From Burkholderiaceae bacterium (GTDB taxonomy: Bacteria; Pseudomonadota; Gammaproteobacteria; Burkholderiales; Burkholderiaceae_E), in the NCBI GenBank assembly GCA_040401595.1, contig JBBAOE010000003.1, forward strand, positions 139,459 to 203,458: a DNA stretch of 64,000 nucleotides, read 5' to 3'. The notes below the pieces were generated by a model. That model was not told the DNA's origin and made no database searches. It saw only the letters and a list, made by a program, of their open reading frames with translations. Both the position numbers and the translations under genes were made by a program. Positions 15,930 to 25,084 of this stretch are shown piece by piece. Within the stretch, counting starts at the first letter, position 1. Each line of letters begins with the position of its first letter.

Positions 15930-18065
15930 TTACTTGACGCCGGCAACCTTGCTCGAACCCAAAACTTCGACGTAGACCGGGTTGCTGTAGAACCAGAGGT
16001 CAGACCAGGCAACGACGTCAGAACTCGAGTACTTGACGCCAGCGACCGTACGCATGTGGGCTGGGCATGCTGCGTCGCCACAAGGGATTGCCCCCGGGAG
16101 GGTCTGGTCGTTCGGAGCCACTAGGAAGTCATTCAGTGGATTGCCCTCAGCATCGGTCTCGAACGGCACCGATGCTGGGATGTTGGTTCCGCGCAGACGG
16201 AAGTACTGCGATGCTTTCACAGCCGGAACCCGATAGGTCATCGTGCGGACACCATCCGCTGAAGCCGTCCAATTCGTTGAATTGAAGGTTTTCTGGATCT
16301 TCGCCGAGGCATTGAAGATCTTTGCGGGGAATTCGGCTGCTGTCACCGCAGGCGCATAGGCGCCCTGATCAGCAGGATCAATGTAGCCCGTGACATTGCC
16401 ACCGATCAGATCAACGTGATCGAGCACCGGCGCATTCAGAGGCTGGATGATGTTGACCTGCTTGAGGGACGGATTCGGGAAGCTGTAAGGTGATGCGTTC
16501 GTGCCCTGCGGATCGCGCAGAGAGACGGTGACGAACAGGTCGGTACCCGGGCGAACGACGAGCTTTTCGCCCATGGTGGCGCAACCGTCGATCCGCACCT
16601 CACCATTACCGGCAACCGCATTGGCAGACGCTTTCTCGATCAGTGCCTTGTTGGCATTGCGCGGCAGGCCTGGGTTCGACGCGCAGACCACGAACGACAG
16701 GCGATCGATCAGTTGCCCATTGGCAACGTAGCTGTTGCCACTGCGCAGACCGTCGATGATGCCTTCGGCGGTCAGGTTGCCTGTGCCCTTGCGAACCATG
16801 ACATAGTCATTGGTGTATTCGCCGGGGTAGAAATCGTTGTCGGTTTCGCGCTGGTCGGGACCGAAGGTGCCACGGCTGTGGTAGTCCGAGCTTGCAAAGA
16901 ACCACCAGTTACGGCCTTCGCCCAGCAGACCGTCCCATAATCCACCGATCTTGGCCGCGTAAACGCCCGTGCCGCCAAAGGTGCCGCCGCCTACAGCGTT
17001 CGACGAATAGCTGCCGCGCGGGGATTCCGCACCGTGGCCAGGCATTGACTCGAAACCAAACGCAATCTTTGGGGCTACGTTGTTGAAATTACGCAGGTGC
17101 TCGATGTTGAAGCCGTTGTTGCCGGTCGGGTTATAGATGCCGGCACGCTCGAGGTGGGCTGGAACGAAGTAGGACGTCGTTGGCGCCTTCTCGTTCAACC
17201 ACTTGAGGCCTTCCAAGGTCTTGATATGCCCCATGTTGGGGTACTTGGCGGTGTTGGTTCCGCTCAAGTTGTCAGTCGGCGCGATTTTGGCGGACAGGGG
17301 ATTGATCAGCGTGTTGTTCGAGCTGCCGGTGACCGAGCAATCCCAGAGGTTCTCAGCGCCGCGGCTGGTGTCGGTATCACTGCGATCAAAGCAATATTCG
17401 TATTGCGCCTGAAGGTTGGCGTTACCGGTTGTTGCGGTCGACGGCCAGGGTGCCTGACCTTTAAGCACGGCCATCGAGGTGTGCTCATGGCCGGGGTTGT
17501 TTTGCTCGAGTCCGATCCAGACTGGCTTCTTCGCATCACGGCCAAGGGTTTCAAGGGCTTTGTATTGATATTCCTTGATCTCCTGCCAGCGCCACATCTG
17601 CTTCGGTGTAGCGGTTCCGTCGCCCTTGATGGCGGCGAGGCCAATCGTGGATTCCCAGGTCTGGTTCGGTCCTTTGAGAGCCGAGGCGGGCTGGCCAGCC
17701 CCCGGGTAGGTCACTGGTGGCGAAGCCTGCCAGGGGCCGGTGGCGCTGGTGGTCAGTCCCAGACCGGGCGCGACCGGCTCAAACGGGTCTTCGGCCAGCG
17801 TACAGTTTCGAGCGCTGCGGCCACCGTGGTCGGCCTGGACGAACCAGTCGAGCTTCCAGGTGTTGACCGATTTGTCGACCAGCTTCTTGAGCGAAAGCGA
17901 GCCATCCGAGCAAGTCGAGTGGTTGTGGAAGTCACCGGTGACATAGGTGCCAGCGGCCTTGGTGGCGGCCTTTGGGGCAGCCGAGGCTTGCGGGGCAAGG
18001 GTCACGACGGTCGTGATGGCGGCGATCGCAACAGCGACTTCGCGCATTTTAAACTGGGGCTTCAT
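15930..18065 (-). CDS. Secreted PHP-domain (polymerase/histidinol-phosphatase fold) metal-dependent phosphoesterase-like protein
   Basis: The signal peptide ends QASA|AP. Ordered PHP-like motifs are GDFHNHSTCSDGS, FVQADHGG, GLEQNNPGHEH, VPAHLER and ASSDYHS. A long beta-rich C-terminal region follows. Confidence 0.6.
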   Translation of the reverse strand: MKPQFKMREVAVAIAAITTVVTLAPQASAAPKAATKAAGTYVTGDFHNHSTCSDGSLSLKKLVDKSVNTWKLDWFVQADHGGRSARNCTLAEDPFEPVAPGLGLTTSATGPWQASPPVTYPGAGQPASALKGPNQTWESTIGLAAIKGDGTATPKQMWRWQEIKEYQYKALETLGRDAKKPVWIGLEQNNPGHEHTSMAVLKGQAPWPSTATTGNANLQAQYEYCFDRSDTDTSRGAENLWDCSVTGSSNNTLINPLSAKIAPTDNLSGTNTAKYPNMGHIKTLEGLKWLNEKAPTTSYFVPAHLERAGIYNPTGNNGFNIEHLRNFNNVAPKIAFGFESMPGHGAESPRGSYSSNAVGGGTFGGTGVYAAKIGGLWDGLLGEGRNWWFFASSDYHSRGTFGPDQRETDNDFYPGEYTNDYVMVRKGTGNLTAEGIIDGLRSGNSYVANGQLIDRLSFVVCASNPGLPRNANKALIEKASANAVAGNGEVRIDGCATMGEKLVVRPGTDLFVTVSLRDPQGTNASPYSFPNPSLKQVNIIQPLNAPVLDHVDLIGGNVTGYIDPADQGAYAPAVTAAEFPAKIFNASAKIQKTFNSTNWTASADGVRTMTYRVPAVKASQYFRLRGTNIPASVPFETDAEGNPLNDFLVAPNDQTLPGAIPCGDAACPAHMRTVAGVKYSSSDVVAWSDLWFYSNPVYVEVLGSSKVAGVK

Positions 18066-18127
18066 GTCGATGAAATCCTGTAGATCAATGGTGGGGGTCT
18101 GCGTCAGGCCGTGGATGGCGCTGAGGC

Positions 18128-18616
18128 TTAAACGTTCTTCTGGTCGCCGAACAGGCGTACCTTGCCGCTGCTGAACTTCACCGGGATGGTGTAGGTCGTG
18201 GTCGTCGTGTCAACGTCGGTGTTCGTGACCGTCGCGGTCAGCGTGCAGACGCCGTTGGCATCACATCCAGATACCGTTACGCCCGATAAGTCGGCGATTG
18301 GGAAGGCCGACAAATCGGCCGCAACCGCAACCGCGAAGGATTCCTGAGTCAGGTTGTCTTTCAACGCCTGTTTGGTGTAACCAGCGTCCAGAAACGCGTC
18401 ATCGAAGAGGTCGACGAATCCACTGCTGGTCAGGCCGCTGAAGGACTTGAGCCCTGCGATCCCGGCGTTATAGCTGGCGGTGAACGCTGCTACCTGATCG
18501 GTCGTTGGGGCAGTGCTGGTGGAACCTGAGCTTGTTGACGAGTCACCACCGCAAGCGGTTAGCAGGCTCAGCAGGCCAGCGGCGAGCGACAGCTGGGCGG
18601 TCTTGCAAATTGTCAT
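18128..18616 (-). CDS. Lipoprotein of unknown function
   Basis: This is ORF 18128..18691 trimmed to ATG 18616. It reads MTICKTAQLSLAAGLLSLLTACGG (lipobox LTAC), followed by a Ser/Thr-rich linker. Confidence 0.65.
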   Translation of the reverse strand: MTICKTAQLSLAAGLLSLLTACGGDSSTSSGSTSTAPTTDQVAAFTASYNAGIAGLKSFSGLTSSGFVDLFDDAFLDAGYTKQALKDNLTQESFAVAVAADLSAFPIADLSGVTVSGCDANGVCTLTATVTNTDVDTTTTTYTIPVKFSSGKVRLFGDQKNV

Positions 18617-18762
18617 GAGATCGCAACCTTCAAAAAATCTTGGGGGGGTCCGGTGGGAACCGGTTTTGTTTTGCATTCGGCCAGTCCGCAAGGTAGGTGC
18701 GCCGATGGCACTACCCCACTCAAACTGAGGAGGGATTGTCCGGTCGGGCCCATGACGCTCGT

Positions 18763-18791
18763 GTGACGTTCAAATAAACGTTTTATGACGG
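18763..18791 (-). promoter_or_regulatory. Triple phased Pho-box-like array upstream of the lipoprotein-PHP operon
   Basis: The minus strand reads CCGTCAT-aaaa-CGTTTAT-ttga-ACGTCAC, three 7-mers at 11-bp phasing. The first 11 nt match the enterobacterial CTGTCATAAAA apart from one base. Confidence 0.55.
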
Positions 18792-18994
18792 CACTGCCCG
18801 AGTTGCCGAGCTTGCCTTCGGGCTGGTTCACCCAGGCTTACATTCAGTTGTAAGAATGGTTGCCAGTGGATGCATGATTCTGGCGCTCATCAGGGAAAAC
18901 CTGGGGGCTGGGATCAGGCCAAAGCCTGCCGGCGGTGAGCTTGTCGCAGTATCCTTCTCGGGTCATTGAACAAGTAAGTCTTCAGGAGACACCC

Positions 18995-19477
18995 TTGAGC
19001 CATTCCACCGAATCCCTTGCTCTGACCGTCAACGGTCGCGCCGTGAAGGTCGACGTCGATCCCCGGACCCTGTTGGTTCAGTTGATCCGCGACCAACTTC
19101 ATCTCACTGGCACCCATGTTGGCTGCGACACCGCTCAGTGCGGAGCGTGCACCGTGCATCTCAACGGCCGCGCGATCAAGTCCTGCTCGATCCTCGCCGT
19201 GCAGGCACAAGGTGCCGACATCACCACGATCGAGGGGCTCAGTCACGACGGTGAACTCCATCCCATGCAGGCTGCGTTTCGCGAATGCCACGGGCTGCAA
19301 TGCGGTTTCTGTACGCCAGGCATGGTCATGTCGGCGGTGCAATTGCTCGAGGATCATCCGAATGCCAGCGAGCAGGAAATCCGCGAGGGTCTTGAGGGCA
19401 ACATCTGTCGGTGCACGGGTTACCACAACATCGTCAAGTCGATCCAGCGCTGCCAGGCTGGCCACGCCACTGCCTAA
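18995..19477 (+). CDS. coxS: Aerobic-type Mo-hydroxylase small subunit, (2Fe-2S)-binding
   Basis: Motifs: [20 protein letters not shown] and [12 protein letters not shown] 18995 with GGAGA 5 nt upstream gives a typical protein of about 160 aa. The ORF track starts earlier, at GTG 18935. Confidence 0.9.
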   Translation: MSHSTESLALTVNGRAVKVDVDPRTLLVQLIRDQLHLTGTHVGCDTAQCGACTVHLNGRAIKSCSILAVQAQGADITTIEGLSHDGELHPMQAAFRECHGLQCGFCTPGMVMSAVQLLEDHPNASEQEIREGLEGNICRCTGYHNIVKSIQRCQAGHATA

Positions 19478-19491
19478 TAGGGAAAGCAATC

Positions 19492-21855
19492 ATGACTGAC
19501 TTGTCGAATTCGCCGATCGGGCAATCGATCCTGCGCCGCGAGGACTACCGCTTCCTGACCGGTGCTGGCCAGTACACAGACGACGTCGTTCTGCCAGGCC
19601 AAAGCTATGGCTACTTCCTGCGTAGCCCCCACGCCCATGCCCGTATCAAATCGATCGACCTCACTCGTGCCGCTGCCGCCGAGGGCGTCCTGCACATCTT
19701 TACCGGTGCTGATCTGGCCGAAGCCAAGGTCGGCGGCCTACCCTGTGGCTGGCTGATCCACAACAAGGACGGCAGCCCGATGAAGGAGCCTGCGCACCCG
19801 GTGCTCGCGCAGGGCAAGGTGCGCCATGTGGGTGACCAGGTCGCGCTGATCGTCGCTGAAACAGCCAGCCTGGCCAAAGATGCAGCGGAGCTGATCGATA
19901 TCGATTACGAAGTGCTGCCGGCCGTGATTGATCTGGCGCATGCCGAAAGCAACGCGACGCTGGTGCACGACGAGGTACCGCACAACACCTGCTACGACTG
20001 GGGCCACGGCGACAAGGCTGCGGTGGACGCAGCATTTACGCATGCCGCCAAAGTCACCAAGCTGAGCTTTGCCAACAACCGTCTGGTTCCGAATGCCATG
20101 GAGCCGCGAGCGGCCAATGCGCAGTACACCAAGCACGATGACAGTTACACGCTGTACGTCTCGAACCAGAATCCGCACGTCGAGCGCCTGCTGATGTGTG
20201 CGTTCGTGCTGGGACTGCCCGAATCCAAGGTGCGCGTGATTGCGCCCGATGTGGGCGGTGGATTTGGTTCAAAGATTTATCTGTATGCCGAGGAAACCGC
20301 GCTAGTCTGGGCGAGCAAGCGCGTCGGGCGCCCCATCAAATGGACGGCCGATCGCAGCGAAGCGTTCCTGACCGACGCTCATGGCCGTGACCACCTCTCG
20401 ACCGCTGAACTGGCGATGGACGCCCAGGGCCACTTTCTGGCCTTGCGGGTGCACACCGTGGCCAATATGGGCGCATATCTGTCGACCTTCTCAACCTGTG
20501 TGCCGACGATCCTGTACGCCACGCTGTTGGCCGGTCAGTACAAGACACCGGCCATCTACTGTGAAGTGAAGTCGGTATTCACCAACACCGCACCCGTGGA
20601 TGCGTACCGTGGGGCTGGGCGTCCGGAGGCGACCTTCCTGGTCGAGCGGATCGTTGAAACCGCGGCACGTGATATGGGCCTTGATCCGGCCGAGATCCGT
20701 CGTCGCAACTTCATCACGCAGTTCCCGTATGCCACGCCCGTTGGCCTGACCTACGATACCGGTGACTATGAGGCGCACCTGTCCAAGGCGATCGAACTCG
20801 CTGACGTCGCTGGGTTTGCCGCTCGCAAGGCCGCGTCGAAGGCCCACGGCAAGCTGCGCGGTCTGGGCTACAGCTGCTACATCGAAGCCTGCGGTCTCGC
20901 GCCCAGCAACATCGCGGGTGCGCTTGGGGCCCGTGCCGGCCTCTTTGAAGCCGGTGAGGTGCGCGTGCACCCCACGGGCACGGTCACCGTATTCACCGGT
21001 TCGCACAGCCATGGTCAGGGCCATGAGACGACCTTTGCGCAGGTCGTCGCCGCCAAGCTGGGCATTCCGGTCGAGAGCGTCGAGATCGTTCACGGCGACA
21101 CCGGGCGCGTTCCGTTCGGAATGGGCACCTATGGCAGTCGTTCCCTGGCGGTCGGGGGCTCTGCGATCGTGAAAGCGGTGGACAAGATCATCGCGAAAGG
21201 CAAGAAGATTGCCGCTCACCTGCTTGAGGCCGCCGACACCGATATCGAATTCGAGAATGGTGAGTTCGTGGTGGCTGGGACCGATAAGAAAGTCCCATTC
21301 GGGTCTGTGGCGCTCACCGCCTATGTGCCTCACAACTATCCCCTGGACAAGCTCGAACCTGGCCTGAACGAAAACGCCTTCTACGATCCGACTAACTTCA
21401 CCTACCCCTCGGGGACCTATGTCTGTGAAGTCGAGGTCGATCCCGAGACCGGGGTGACCCGGGTCGATCGATTCACCGCGGTCGATGATTTCGGCAATAT
21501 CATCAATCCGATGATCGTGTCCGGGCAGGTCCATGGTGGATTGGCCCAAGGTCTGGGTCAGGCGATGCTTGAGGGCTGTACCTACGATCCCGAGTCAGGG
21601 CAGTTGTTGACGGGTTCGTTCATGGACTACACCATGCCCCGCGCCGATGATCTGCCGAACTTTGTGGTTGACCACACGGTCACGCCCTGCACGCACAATC
21701 CTCTGGGCGTGAAGGGATGCGGTGAGGCGGGGGCAATTGGATCGCCACCGGCATTCATCAATGCGCTGACCGATGCCCTTGGGGTGCGCGACGTTGCCAT
21801 GCCAGCCACGCGTGAGCGGGTCTGGCGCGCAGCCCACGGGCTCGCTGCCGCTTGA
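19492..21855 (+). CDS. coxL: Mo-hydroxylase large subunit, form II CoxL-like (xanthine dehydrogenase family)
   Basis: ATG 19492 reads [18 protein letters not shown]. The active-site loop is [12 protein letters not shown], the form II AYRGAGR signature rather than form I AYXCSFR. Confidence 0.9.
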   Translation: MTDLSNSPIGQSILRREDYRFLTGAGQYTDDVVLPGQSYGYFLRSPHAHARIKSIDLTRAAAAEGVLHIFTGADLAEAKVGGLPCGWLIHNKDGSPMKEPAHPVLAQGKVRHVGDQVALIVAETASLAKDAAELIDIDYEVLPAVIDLAHAESNATLVHDEVPHNTCYDWGHGDKAAVDAAFTHAAKVTKLSFANNRLVPNAMEPRAANAQYTKHDDSYTLYVSNQNPHVERLLMCAFVLGLPESKVRVIAPDVGGGFGSKIYLYAEETALVWASKRVGRPIKWTADRSEAFLTDAHGRDHLSTAELAMDAQGHFLALRVHTVANMGAYLSTFSTCVPTILYATLLAGQYKTPAIYCEVKSVFTNTAPVDAYRGAGRPEATFLVERIVETAARDMGLDPAEIRRRNFITQFPYATPVGLTYDTGDYEAHLSKAIELADVAGFAARKAASKAHGKLRGLGYSCYIEACGLAPSNIAGALGARAGLFEAGEVRVHPTGTVTVFTGSHSHGQGHETTFAQVVAAKLGIPVESVEIVHGDTGRVPFGMGTYGSRSLAVGGSAIVKAVDKIIAKGKKIAAHLLEAADTDIEFENGEFVVAGTDKKVPFGSVALTAYVPHNYPLDKLEPGLNENAFYDPTNFTYPSGTYVCEVEVDPETGVTRVDRFTAVDDFGNIINPMIVSGQVHGGLAQGLGQAMLEGCTYDPESGQLLTGSFMDYTMPRADDLPNFVVDHTVTPCTHNPLGVKGCGEAGAIGSPPAFINALTDALGVRDVAMPATRERVWRAAHGLAAA

Positions 21856-21937
21856 GCTTGAGGCTTCGTTCGTCGGATATCAACGATACGGTCTGCGGGC
21901 TTGACTAAAGCGCCCGCAGGTCTACAGGAGAACTGAG

Positions 21938-22732
21938 ATGTACACGTTTGACTACAAACGCCCGGCCGCCCAGGCCGATGCCACGGCCGCTTTCCATGGC
22001 GATGCCCGGTATCTGGCCGGTGGCCAGAGTCTGATTCAGGCCATGAAGCTGCGCATGTCCTCGGCCGAAACCTTGATCGATCTGGGTGGGGTCGCAGGGA
22101 TGCATGGGATTCAGGTGGATCACGGTGCGGTCGTGATCGGGGCGATGACCAAGCATTCCGAGGTTGCCGCCTCCGAGCTGGTGCGCAAGGCAATCCCGGC
22201 GCTGGCTGATCTGGCCGGTGGTATCGGTGATCAGATGGTCCGCAACCTGGGCACGCTCGGCGGCTCTATCGCCAACGCCGATCCGGCAGCGTGTTACCCG
22301 TCGGCGATTGTCGCCCTGGGTGCCACGGTGCATACCAACCAGCGCAAGATCCCAGGCGCCGATTTCTTTACCGGTATCTATGACACCGCCTTGCATGCCG
22401 GCGAGCTCATCACGGCGGTGAGCTTTCCGATTCCGACGCGCGCTGCCTATGTCAAGTTCAAGCAACCCGCCTCGCGTTTTGCGCTGGTCGGTGTGTTTGT
22501 CGCGCAGACGCCCGATGGCGTTCATGTGGCGGTGACGGGCGCCAAGGGCAGCGTGTTTCGGGCCACCGCGATCGAGGCTGCCTTGAATGCCCATTACACG
22601 CCAGAGGCGGCGAAGGCGGTGCAGATGCCGACCGACGATATCAACAGTGATCTGCACGCCACGGCTGAATATCGCGCCGCGATGATCAGCGTGATGGCGG
22701 GACGCGCAGTCGCGGCCTCGCTCGCGCACTAA
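21938..22732 (+). CDS. coxM: Mo-hydroxylase medium subunit, FAD-binding
   Basis: YLAGGQSLIQAMKLR and GTLGGSIANADP are typical of the CoxM/XdhB FAD-binding domain. Confidence 0.9.
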   Translation: MYTFDYKRPAAQADATAAFHGDARYLAGGQSLIQAMKLRMSSAETLIDLGGVAGMHGIQVDHGAVVIGAMTKHSEVAASELVRKAIPALADLAGGIGDQMVRNLGTLGGSIANADPAACYPSAIVALGATVHTNQRKIPGADFFTGIYDTALHAGELITAVSFPIPTRAAYVKFKQPASRFALVGVFVAQTPDGVHVAVTGAKGSVFRATAIEAALNAHYTPEAAKAVQMPTDDINSDLHATAEYRAAMISVMAGRAVAASLAH

Positions 22733-22838
22733 GCGTCCCGGAGGGAAATCACCGGGTTGTTGAGCGGGTTCCCCTCACGGGGCGCCTGCTTGACCATCCG
22801 GCCTTGGCCCCCTCCGCTGCCTGCACCTTCCACCGCCC

Positions 22839-22880
22839 CGGCGGCTCTGGCATGCTTGCCGGGCCGCCGTTTCTTTTTTT
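22839..22880 (+). terminator. Intrinsic terminator or attenuator between coxM and coxD
   Basis: A GC-rich stem pairs CGGCGGC (22839-22845) with GCCGCCG (22863-22869), with inner GGCA/TGCC pairs. It is followed directly by TTTCTTTTTTT (22870-22880). Confidence 0.55.
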
Positions 22881-22891
22881 GAGTGTCATTC

Positions 22892-23839
22892 ATGAGCTCT
22901 TCTGCCGTGGCCCTGACCCTACCTGCTACTGTCGACGATGTCATTGCCGGTCTGGCGCAGCGCAACTATCTGTGTGACCGGCGTCTTGCGACGGCGCTTT
23001 TTTTGAGCCTCAAGTTGCAGCGTCCGCTGTTTCTGGAAGGGGAACCGGGCGTTGGCAAGACCGAACTGGCCAAGGCCTTGTCCGATTGGCTGGGCAGTCT
23101 CTTGTTACGCGTACAGTGCTATGAAGGACTGGACATCGCGCAGACCGCCTATGAGTGGAACGTTGCCCGGCAAATGATCGAAATCCGGCTCGCGGAAGCT
23201 GCACATGGCGCAAATGAGGCCATCGACCATGATGGGCTGGTTGCCACCCTGTATTCGCGGGCCATGCTGATCGAACGTCCGCTCCTGCAGGCCTTGACTC
23301 AGTCAAGGTCGCCGGTCCTGCTGATCGATGAATTGGACCGCGCCGATGAGCCCTTCGATGCGTTTTTGCTGGAGGTACTGGCCGAGAACCAGATTACGGT
23401 GCCCGAACTGGGGACGATCAAGGCGGTGGCCCCCCCCTTTGTGCTGATCACCAGTAACCGGACCCGCGAGATTCATGATGCGCTCAAGCGTCGGTGCCTA
23501 TACCACTGGGTTGACTTTCCCGATGTCGAGCGCGAGCTGGAAATCGTGCGCCGCAAGGCCCCTGGGGCGTCCGAGCGGCTTTCGCGCCAGATCGTCGAGT
23601 TTGTGCAGCGCATGCGCACACTCGATTTGTTCAAGGCCCCCGGTGTGGCGGAAACCATCGACTGGACCAACGCGCTAGTGGCACTCAACACCATTCGTCT
23701 GGATCCGGCGAGCGTTCAAGACACGCTGGGCGTTCTGCTCAAATATCAGGACGATATTGTCCGCATGCAGGGCGGCGACACCGCGAAGCTGCTCGATGAA
23801 CTTCGCGCACGTGGAATTTTGGATGGCGAAGCCGTTTGA
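22892..23839 (+). CDS. coxD: MoxR-type AAA+ ATPase (CoxD-like maturation factor)
   Basis: Walker A is GEPGVGKT and Walker B is VLLIDELDRA. Alternative start is GTG 22883. Confidence 0.85.
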   Translation: MSSSAVALTLPATVDDVIAGLAQRNYLCDRRLATALFLSLKLQRPLFLEGEPGVGKTELAKALSDWLGSLLLRVQCYEGLDIAQTAYEWNVARQMIEIRLAEAAHGANEAIDHDGLVATLYSRAMLIERPLLQALTQSRSPVLLIDELDRADEPFDAFLLEVLAENQITVPELGTIKAVAPPFVLITSNRTREIHDALKRRCLYHWVDFPDVERELEIVRRKAPGASERLSRQIVEFVQRMRTLDLFKAPGVAETIDWTNALVALNTIRLDPASVQDTLGVLLKYQDDIVRMQGGDTAKLLDELRARGILDGEAV

Positions 23840-23882
23840 TTTTTTGTGACGGATTCGTTCTAACTGATTCGTCCATAAGATA

Positions 23883-25064
23883 ATGCTCGCTGAAAATATC
23901 GTTCATTTTTCAAGGGTGCTGCGTACCGCGGGGTTGCAGGTCGGCCCGGACCGCGTGCTCGCGGGAATTGCCGCCGTCGAAGCGGTCGGGTTTGATCGCC
24001 GTGAAGATATCCGGGCGGCATTGTCGGCAGTCATGCTCGACCGGCACGAACAGCAGGTGATCTTCGACCAGGTCTTCGATGCATTCTGGCGTGATCCAAA
24101 GTTGCTCGAGCGGTTGATGTATTTGATGCTGCCCAAAATCAGCGGCCGCGGGGATCAGGTCCAGCGCCAACGCAGCAATCGGCTGGCCGAGGCGCTGGCC
24201 GCGCCGCAAGCGCCCAAGCCCCCCAACCCGGCGAATCAGAGCGCTGAGGAAGAGGTCCAGTTCGAAACGACCTTCAGTTTCTCGGACCGGGAGCGATTGC
24301 AGCGGGCGGACTTCGAGTCGATGACTGCGGCCGAGTTCGCTCTGGCCAAAGTGCTTGCCGAGCGCATTCCGCTGCCCGTGAGCCCAGTGATCCGGCGACG
24401 TTCTGAATTGGCCCCGCGCGGGCGGATCAATCTGCGTCGCACCCTGCACCGGATGGCGCGTCAGCCCGACGTGTTGTCGCCGGCGTTCATGCAGTTGCAG
24501 CGTGAGCTTCCACCGCTGGTCGTGCTGCTCGATATCTCGGGATCCATGGAACGGTATGCCCGCTTGTTTTTGCATTATGTCCATGGCCTGACCCGGCGCC
24601 ATCTGCGCGTACAGACCTTCACCTTCGGCACCCGGCTGACCAATATCACCCGCTGCCTGCGCTCGCGCGACCCCGATGTGGCCATGCAACTGGCCGATCA
24701 GCAGGTCGATGACTGGAAGGGCGGTACTCGAATCGGTACCTGCCTGGAGGACTTCAATCGGCATTGGGCGCGCCGCGTGCTTGGTCAGAATGCTGCGGTT
24801 CTGCTCGTGACCGACGGACTGGATCGGGACGGTGAGGGTCAATTGACGCTTGCGGCTGGGCATCTCCACCGGATGGCCCATCAGATCGTGTGGCTCAATC
24901 CGCTCTTGCGATTTGACGGGTTCGAACCCAGGGCTGCTGGGGTGCGGGCGCTGCTCCCCCATGTGGACCGTTTTCTGCCGGTGCACAACCTGGCCAGTCT
25001 GGCCGATCTGGGGCGGGCGCTACGCGCGCCGGCACTGCGGCCCGCGCTGCTTCTCAAACACTGA
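23883..25064 (+). CDS. coxE: VWA-domain protein (CoxE-like)
   Basis: VVLLDISGSM is a MIDAS-type motif. The gene sits directly after the MoxR ATPase, as in cox clusters. Confidence 0.85.
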   Translation: MLAENIVHFSRVLRTAGLQVGPDRVLAGIAAVEAVGFDRREDIRAALSAVMLDRHEQQVIFDQVFDAFWRDPKLLERLMYLMLPKISGRGDQVQRQRSNRLAEALAAPQAPKPPNPANQSAEEEVQFETTFSFSDRERLQRADFESMTAAEFALAKVLAERIPLPVSPVIRRRSELAPRGRINLRRTLHRMARQPDVLSPAFMQLQRELPPLVVLLDISGSMERYARLFLHYVHGLTRRHLRVQTFTFGTRLTNITRCLRSRDPDVAMQLADQQVDDWKGGTRIGTCLEDFNRHWARRVLGQNAAVLLVTDGLDRDGEGQLTLAAGHLHRMAHQIVWLNPLLRFDGFEPRAAGVRALLPHVDRFLPVHNLASLADLGRALRAPALRPALLLKH

Positions 25065-25084
25065 TCTGAAAGGACACGAGAGTC

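Noticed and set aside
18650-18672. Hairpin CCGGT-ggga-ACCGG followed by TTTTGTTTT on the plus strand, resembling an intrinsic terminator
   Set aside because: No plus-strand gene ends upstream of it. It lies in the 5' leader of the minus-strand lipoprotein gene, where the U-tract would not follow the stem. It is probably fortuitous or a leader structure.
22729-22965. 78-aa minus-strand ORF in the coxM-coxD spacer (contains KKKRRPGK)
   Set aside because: It is the complement of the terminator stem and U-tract (the A-run encodes the lysines). It overlaps the coxD start and has no RBS or family motif.
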